Source: Eledone cirrhosa
Lineage: Eukaryota
Reading direction: 5' to 3'
NCBI GenBank assembly: GCA_964016885.1
Contig: OZ024743.1
Location: forward strand, 57,598,001 to 57,662,000
DNA: 64,000 nt
Under the pieces are notes generated by a model. The model was not told the DNA's origin. It was given only the letters and a program-made list of their open reading frames with translations, and did no database searches. How positions within the stretch are numbered: the stretch's first letter is position 1; each line of letters begins with the position of its first letter. The position numbers and the translations under genes are program-made. Below, one piece after another: positions 58,005-64,000 of the stretch.

Positions 58005-60456
58005 AGTAATAGAAGTTGAAAATGCAACTGGAGTCTTTTAAGAATATTTATCTATTTACTTTACTAGTTTCACAGTTCTTATGATTTTCAAAAGTAAAAT
58101 TGAGTTGGAGGGTTTGTGTTTCTATTGTGGTTTCACTTATAACCATTGACTTCTTTCGTCAGAGTCTAATAACAAATTTATTTATATTCATTTATAAGTT
58201 TCAACTGTCGAATACATAAGAATATAACGTGTAGAAAAACTTGCACGCACAGTTGTGTGTGTATGTGTATGTTACATTTGCATATAAACCTTGCACACAC
58301 CAGTGTCTGTGAATAATGTATGCCGTTATCTACGTCTATCTACATGCGATACAGTGTTTATATGTCACTGTATTTGTTTGTGCATATGCCCCTATATTCA
58401 TGTATAAATGTGTATATTCCACCATAGTAATTGGATAGTAGATTCTACTTTGCTACACCACTAAATGCATTATGCTGTAAACTGTACTTAAGCATGGATT
58501 TTCAATTTAGATGAGAATTGTGTATGTTCGTGCATCTAGCGTTTATTCGAACATATCAAATAAAAGTAAGGCAGTTAGAAGAATTGATAGTGACACATAA
58601 ATATTTAACAGTGCTATATTGAAATCAAACTGGACTGTAGCAAAGATCTGTAATTGATAATCTAGCGAGAAAAATTGAACAATGATGGAAAGGGTGAATT
58701 ATGTAAGCCTTTCTATCGATTTCTAAATAATATTTTCCGCAGAATTATCAGAGAACGCCACCAAGGAACTGATGGCGGATTATAGAAGACATTTCAAATG
58801 TATTGAATAAATCATGAAATAAAAGCTAAAAAAAGTAATAAGAAAAAACGAAACTTTACAAGATAGATATCAAGAGAAAATAGAATTACTAAAAAGGCTG
58901 TGTGTGTAAATGTGAGATGATTTTAAGTAAAATGTTCTGTGAGGTCATTGGTAAATAACTTATCAGCTGAACTGTAACAAACAGAATCAATATGTGGTAA
59001 GTATTAGAATTGTAAGAGTATTGCTAGAAGTATTGGAATATATAACGTGTTAGTATAATAGTTTCTTGGAAATAACCTCAGAGCCACGTAGGTTTTTTTG
59101 TTTAAAATAAAGTTCATGGTGGCTTGGATTTGTAAGAATTATAATATACAGTTCTAGACAAGTAATTGTCGCAACAACTTGAAGTGAACTATACCAGATG
59201 GAGAATATACCAGTCAGACATCTAATAACATAATCATCTAGGGGTCATATAGATTTATATACTGTAAAACATTGCTAAAACAATAAAACTGTCATTTATG
59301 ATTATATACTATGCTACATTTTAGTTGAATTTACGTAGCTTAGTGGTTAGAGTGCTGGACACACAATCATAAAGTCGTCAATTCGATAACCGAACCGGGA
59401 GTCATGACACTTTATTTCACAATGTTGGAGAAATTGAGTGGCGACCACATTTATGCCAAGCTGTATCAACCTTTGAATTTCCCGAGGACAACATCGATGG
59501 CTTGGAAAAGGATTACCAGGCATTGGTGACTGCTGACCTTCCACAAACCACTTTGTCCAGGTTTGCAGCCAGGGAAGAAACATTCCAGGAGCAAAAACAT
59601 GGGTACTCACTATCGAAGGGGGATCACTAAAACAACAACAAAAATGATTAAAAGTGAATTGAATTATAGCAGCCATATAACAAGGAAGTAATCAGTGGGC
59701 CTCCTCTACCGTTCACAACAACGCAGAGACAGCACCACGCATAACATCTTAGTACAGTGATCGACAGCTTTGGTGACGTGATAATCGTCACAGAAAAGGT
59801 GTGTGTATCTGTATTTCTGTGTGTGTGTGTGTGGTGTGTGTGCGGGTTTCCGTGAGAATTGTGTTTGTTATCGTTGTCTATGTGGGTATGTGTGTGTTTG
59901 TATCTTTGTCTAAGAATAATTAAATCAGCTTCTGGCTTGACAATAAGTACAGAGGCAGATATGATCGACTAAATCCCTTTAAGGCGGTGTCTCAGCATAT
60001 CGGAAGCCTAATGCATTGAACAAGTGAAAGAATAAATGAATATCCAATTATATATTCCGGTTGGAGCTTCTCAAGAAAGTAAACATGTTCTACTTTCGAC
60101 AACAAACTTTTATGATATAAATATTTTCATGCAGGGCTATATTCGTTCATAGAATAATTATATGAATGATTTTATGCAAAGATGTCAATGAATCTATAGT
60201 TTTCCTTAAGGAAAAATAAATATGCCGTAGGATTTTGATAAATTGGCTTCAATTCAAATACTTCTTTATATATCTTGAGATAGTCGTTTTTTCAGTGACA
60301 TGATATCGGAAATGTAATACATTCTTGACCGGCCGTGGATTTCGATGCTAAAATGAAAGCTATCAAATAAAAATAAATCTTTTCTCTCAGGAAATGTGAA
60401 AATGTTGAAACAGGTTTCATAGAATATGTTTGATTCAAAAGGAACAGAACAGAATT

Positions 60457-60500
<44 letters not shown>

Positions 60501-60670
60501 AAAATGTTTAACCCCGACGGCAGAGCTCAAGCCGTTTCGACGACTATTTCTGAGCTCTGCTGTCGGGGTTAAACATTTTCCTATTACCCACTCTACTACC
60601 CTAACTATTGAGTACTCTGGTGCGTTATGGTCCATTTGGTTCCTTAACACACTTCTTTCGTTATATATAT

Positions 60671-61296
60671 ACTAGCAGTGGTACCCGGCGTTGCATGGGA
60701 TAGGTATTTGGGAACGCGGGCCGCCAACAGACCTAATCGTGGAAAAACTGCATGCCTGGACAATATGTAAAGAAAATAAACCGAATACTCTGATGGTTGG
60801 ATAATCTTTAAGATTTTCCTCGACGAAGCAGGAAAAATGCAGGTTTTCATCTAATGCGTACCCTAGAGGATCAAGAATGTGAATTTTTTTGATGTGCATA
60901 ATAAGCCTTGAAATTACGGGAAAATCGGCTAGACGTAACGCCTCAAAAAACCCTAAAAAGCTGACAAAATGAAGTTTTTCACCTAATGCAGGCCCTAGGC
61001 CATAAAAAAGTTGGATTTTCTTTGCTCATGGTATGAAGAAGGGACTGACTAATACATAGTTACAATTTCAAGGAAATCGGTCTGACGTAACGCCTAAAAA
61101 AACCCACAAAAAGCTGAAAAAGAAACGCAGTTTTTCACCTAGGGGATCAAAGAGTTGAATTTTTTATGTGCATAACACTCCCTGAAACATAAGTAATACA
61201 CATGTAAAGTTTGCAAAAAATCGGTTGGGTACTTCTCAACTTTAGGGATTCAAACTCACAGACACACACAGACATACATCCTCAGTTTATATATAT
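60671..61296 (-). mobile_element. Non-autonomous Helitron-type element
   Basis: ACTAG terminus with subterminal hairpin CCCGGCGTTGCATGGG; other end ACAGACATAC..TTTTATATATA; internal repeats at ~60925 and ~61077. Confidence 0.65.
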
Positions 61297-63553
61297 ACAC
61301 ACACACATATATATATATATATATAAATGAAAGGTATAGAAATTGTTTTAGCGATAAGCTAACAGTATTCCATAACATATATATATATATATATATATAT
61401 GTGTGTATATATATTCATTATTTAAGCAAAATAAGACCACAAATTTCACAAGGAAGACATTATTAAAAGATTGTCAACATATTTTAGTTTGATGTAAGGA
61501 ATGTAGAGAATAATAATAATAATATTAATAATAATTGTTTCTACTTTTGGCACAAGGCCAGCAAATCACCAGTGTATTACTGGTACTTTGTCCGTTTACA
61601 ATTGTTTCGCTACTCCAAACTTACATCAAACTAAAATATGTTGACAATCAAACTAAAATATGTTGACAATCTTTTAATAATGTCTTCCTGTTGAAATTTG
61701 TGGTCTTGTTTTGCTTAACTAATGAATATTTCCAGCTCTGCGCGCCTAACTTCTGCATGAACCCAGCCATCTAGCTGCTTTCTACTGCATATTGCACATT
61801 GAGCACATGCCTTTACGCTTTGGCTTCTAACTAATTCACCAATCTCTCCTCTCCTATCTCCTCTCCTATCTCCATCTCTCTCTTTAAGATTGGTTACTCT
61901 TTAACTGTGTATATGTATATATATATATAATATATGTATTGAATCCTGACCTGCTGAACCCCACTTCCACCTTCACCACAACACTCTCATAAAGAACCTA
62001 TATATAAGAAGAAAGTTTGACAAAAACTCATATATATTCGAACTGCTCACAGAAAGAAACACTAAAAAAAATGTAATATTTAATATGCGATAAACATAAC
62101 ATGTACATAAATTGTAACGCATATACAGATAGATGTGTGTTTTGGTAGTTTTGGGAGAAAATATAATTTTTGGAGGGGGAGGGGGACATGCCCGCTCCCT
62201 AGTTCCACCGCCACTGTATATATATATAATTAAAAAATATATACATTCTTTGTCCTTTCCTAGGGAGTTAATATATCGATCTTCTTCGCATTTTGTAAGA
62301 AACTGATATTATACCCAATTTATTCAACTCCTATAAACTTTAGAGTAACAAAGTTCACCAACAGCCATAATAAATGAATGTATATATATACTCTAAAGTT
62401 TCACCTGCGCACTCACAGGATCACCAGTTTTGTCTGGTGACTATGCAGGTGAGACTCCAGAGTAACAAGGCTTAGCCATAATAAATGAATATTTAAAGTC
62501 TACGTTGGTATTGAGTTTTCATTCTTACGTCCGTCAATATTTCATGTAGTCAGATCTTGAATAATCGTCCCCCACCTTATTAATTTGGTAGATCTTTCCC
62601 ACGCCCCTCCAGTTTTTATTCCCCACTCCGACCTGCTTATTAAATTTTGCTAATCTATCTCCTGCGAAATTTCATTGTGATACATATTAATGCAGCAGAG
62701 AAACTAATAATTTTATTTTAAATTAAAAAAAACATCATCTCCTTATAATATATAACCAGCAATTTCTCTGTCTGTCTGTCCGACAGTGGAAACACGTGCG
62801 CGCGTGGTTGCTATCTCTCTATCTCTCCAGCTATCCATCTCTTTTAGTCTGTCTGTTTCTCTCACTCTCACTCTTTCTCTTTGTAACACACTAACATTCC
62901 TCCCCTCTATCGCTGTGACGAATGGGGAGATGGAGGAGGAGGAGGAGGAGGAGGAGGAGGAGGAGAGAGTCACTTCGTCACTTCACCTCTGCCTTTCTTT
63001 CTCTCCCCTCTCACTCCCTCATTACGTACAGACATTAGGGCGGTGGATTGGCAGAATCTGTAGAGAGTCGGACACCATGCTTCATAACATGGAGTTACGT
63101 CCCTTTACGGTCTGAGTTCAAATACCGCCGAGGTTAACTTTGTCTTTCATCCTCACGGGGTCGATAAAATAAAGTACCAGTAATGTACTGGGTTTTTGCT
63201 GGACTTGTGCCAAAAGTAGAAAAAATTATTAGAAACATTGCTTCATTTTTACATATCTAAGCATTAGTAAAATAACTAATAATTTCAAAAGTAATTTTTC
63301 AATTCCAATTGTTATGAACAGCAAAACATTAATAATAATTTTGTTCTAAGAAATATATATCATTTCTGTGTGTGTAATATATATATATATACACATACAC
63401 AGAAATATATACACATTTCTGTGTGTGTAATATATATATACACACACAGAAATATATATATATACACACAGAAATATATATACATTTCTGTGTGTGTAAT
63501 ATATATATATATATATATACACACAGAGAAATATATATATATTTCTGTGTGTG

Positions 63554-63604
<51 letters not shown>

Positions 63605-63622
63605 GAAATATATGGGCATTTC

Positions 63623-63656
<34 letters not shown>

Positions 63657-63881
63657 CTTCCCTAAAACTCAAATGTAGGTGCTACATAAATATTACCTTC
63701 CCCTTCCTTTCTCCACTTTGGTACTACCAAGAGAAACACTGTCGCTATAGAAACATTACCTTCCCCTCTCCACTGACTTTGGTCACTGAGGCCGAGGGAA
63801 TCGCTGGTTGCTATAGAGACACCTTGCACAAGCCAGAAGTAACCACTTCGAGGCGGTTCTGACTTGACACCATGCCAAGTC

Positions 63882-64000
63882 TACTTATAATATATAATGG
63901 GCATTTCTCTGTTTGTTTGTCTGTCTGTCCGTCTGTAAAAAATGCCAAGGAAACAAATAGACCCGGTTTCAAATCACTATGCTTTTCAAATTCATTACAT
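63882..64000 (+). mobile_element. Probable non-autonomous Helitron 5' end
   Basis: TATAATATATAATGGGCATTTCTCTGTTTG(TCTG)n; similar heads at ~62740 and ~63610. Confidence 0.45.

Overview
Eukaryotic, AT-rich, microsatellite-saturated non-genic DNA. The repeat repertoire suggests a mollusc, probably an octopod cephalopod (inference). No host gene could be supported, and most predicted ORFs are translated (TA)n/(TATG)n tracts. The window holds a decayed Tx1/L1 LINE (1-4700), two RLE-type LINE 3' ends each set in a specific microsatellite, two Penelope-like element (PLE) GIY-YIG fragments with inverted duplications, RTE fragments and a bipartite non-autonomous RTE family. It also holds a mariner that captured local flanking DNA, tRNA-derived SINEs, non-autonomous Helitrons and two minisatellites. 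The main signal: the short islands between (TA)n tracts are mostly fold-back (palindromic) PLE-terminus elements carrying type I hammerhead ribozymes (HHRs) from at least 8 sequence families. These include HHRs with stem II expanded to 36-116 nt and a family fixed for a compensatory U3-A8 catalytic core. All structures were folded by eye; no alignments or searches were run, so repeat boundaries are approximate.
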